From a virus (lineage: Duplodnaviria > Caudoviricetes), in the IMG/VR virus record IMGVR_UViG_3300029267_000633, positions 1 to 25,915 of that record: a stretch of DNA of 25,915 bases, one strand, 5' to 3'. Under the pieces are notes generated by a model. That model saw nothing but the letters and a program-made list of their open reading frames with translations. It did not search any database and had not been told where the DNA came from. Below are positions 24,946 to 25,915 of the stretch, piece after piece. How positions within the stretch are numbered: the first letter of the stretch is position 1; every line of letters starts with the position of its first letter. A program made the translations under genes and the position numbers.

Positions 24946-25104
24946 ATGACAACCACCACCAAACCAAAGACCTGCGTTCACCACTGGGTAATAGACCCGC
25001 CTAACGGTCGCTACTCCGAGGGCGTGTGTCAGAAGTGCGGGGAAGTCAGGGAGTTCGACAACTTCCCCGATACATCTCAATGGCCTGATAAGGATGGTGA
25101 ATGA
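24946..25104 (+). CDS. 52-aa zinc-finger protein (CxHHW...CxxCG)
   Basis: Read by hand: MTTTTKPKTCVHHWVIDPPNGRYSEGVCQKCGEVREFDNF...; AGGAGG SD; ATGA overlap with the next gene. Confidence 0.75.
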   Translation: MTTTTKPKTCVHHWVIDPPNGRYSEGVCQKCGEVREFDNFPDTSQWPDKDGE

Positions 25105-25319
25105 TGAAGATTATCCGATTCAAAAGCAAAGATGATTACAACAAAGCTCTTGCATTTTTCAAGCGTGAAGCTGGCCTTACCGAAGCGGTAGGCCCAAGAG
25201 TAGGAGTGGTTTTCTCGCCCATCGTTCGGGTGAAACTCACTGGCCGATACGTCCCACGCTTGGGATGCCTCGATTACTACGGAGAAGAGGTCAAGATTAC
25301 CGGGAGCTATTTGAATTGA
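25101..25319 (+). CDS. Hypothetical protein
   Basis: 72 aa, translationally coupled. Confidence 0.6.
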   Translation: MMKIIRFKSKDDYNKALAFFKREAGLTEAVGPRVGVVFSPIVRVKLTGRYVPRLGCLDYYGEEVKITGSYLN

Positions 25320-25333
25320 AAGGAGGAAAGGTT

Positions 25334-25411
25334 TTGAGGGAAATCGAACTGAGGCTGATAGCAGCACTCGACAGGATAAACAGATTCTTAGCCGAGATTG
25401 AGGGGAAATAA
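25334..25411 (+). CDS. 25-aa amphipathic peptide
   Basis: AAAGGAGG SD then TTG; MREIELRLIAALDRINRFLAEIEGK. Confidence 0.45.
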   Translation: MREIELRLIAALDRINRFLAEIEGK

Positions 25412-25451
25412 GGAAAGCCCCCTCACGCCGAAACGAAAGGAGGACTAACCC

Positions 25452-25760
25452 ATGACAGTAACTATTATACCACAAGTGGAAGTAGAAATGCCAACTTGGG
25501 AAGAACTAGTCCACGGAGTGAACGAACGAAGGGCCTACTACTGGCAAAAGGTCATCGACGAAACCTGCGAGGCCGAATGTGGGGGGAGGTGCATGTACCC
25601 CCAGGCCTGCGAGACTGTTAACCATCGGTTCGACGATATAATTTCCGAGCACGAATGCCAGCACTGCGGACGTTTGATAGGCCCGAACGATGACCATATT
25701 ACCGTTCCCGGTGTTGGGATATTTTGCAACCAAGATCATGCTGAATTGGGGGTGATGTGA
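25452..25760 (+). CDS. Cys-rich (Zn-binding) hypothetical protein
   Basis: 102 aa, AAAGGAGG SD; CEAEC, CQHCG, FCNQDH. Confidence 0.7.
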   Translation: MTVTIIPQVEVEMPTWEELVHGVNERRAYYWQKVIDETCEAECGGRCMYPQACETVNHRFDDIISEHECQHCGRLIGPNDDHITVPGVGIFCNQDHAELGVM

Positions 25761-25885
25761 TGGACTTCATACGATATATGTTTCAGGACATGCTCAATGA
25801 ACAGCCGGTCAATGAGACGCAGACCGACCAAGAGATTGAGGAAGAACAAATCAGGAGAGAACAAATAAGAGAGAGGGGGCGTTGA
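25760..25885 (+). CDS. 41-aa hypothetical protein
   Basis: TGATG overlaps at both ends; GGGGGTGA SD. Confidence 0.5.
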   Translation: MDFIRYMFQDMLNEQPVNETQTDQEIEEEQIRREQIRERGR

Positions 25886-25915
25886 TGGATGAAGAAGTAA
25901 AAGATGTGAACTTTG

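Larger units (their letters stand above)
1..25915. mobile_element. Temperate phage genome segment (unintegrated form)
   Basis: Terminase, portal, capsid, integrase and repressor/cro; phage genes on both sides of the att core. Confidence 0.9.

Overview
The whole window is a temperate tailed phage (Caudoviricetes, probably podovirus-like), apparently in its unintegrated, attP-containing form. From about 20.1 kb leftwards on the minus strand runs a late/morphogenesis operon: terS, terL, portal, three micro-ORFs, a ~2,080-aa probable ejection protein, scaffold, major capsid, decoration, fibre and tail/adaptor genes. Upstream of it lie a winged-helix gene, four phased palindromic repeats and several terminators. 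Next come a divergent three-gene operon led by a very acidic protein, a cassette of small membrane-protein genes, a tyrosine integrase, an HTH repressor, a back-to-back promoter pair, a cro-like gene and small early genes. The standout feature is the 3' two-thirds of a tRNA-Lys(UUU) (putative attP core, 24207-24256) lying antisense inside the repressor coding sequence, so integration would replace the repressor C-terminus (integration-dependent immunity switch). In addition, 36 bp away within the same gene is an inverted copy of the predicted missing tRNA 5' end, which could pair with host-derived sequence only after integration. All functional calls rest on motif recognition and synteny; no searches were run.
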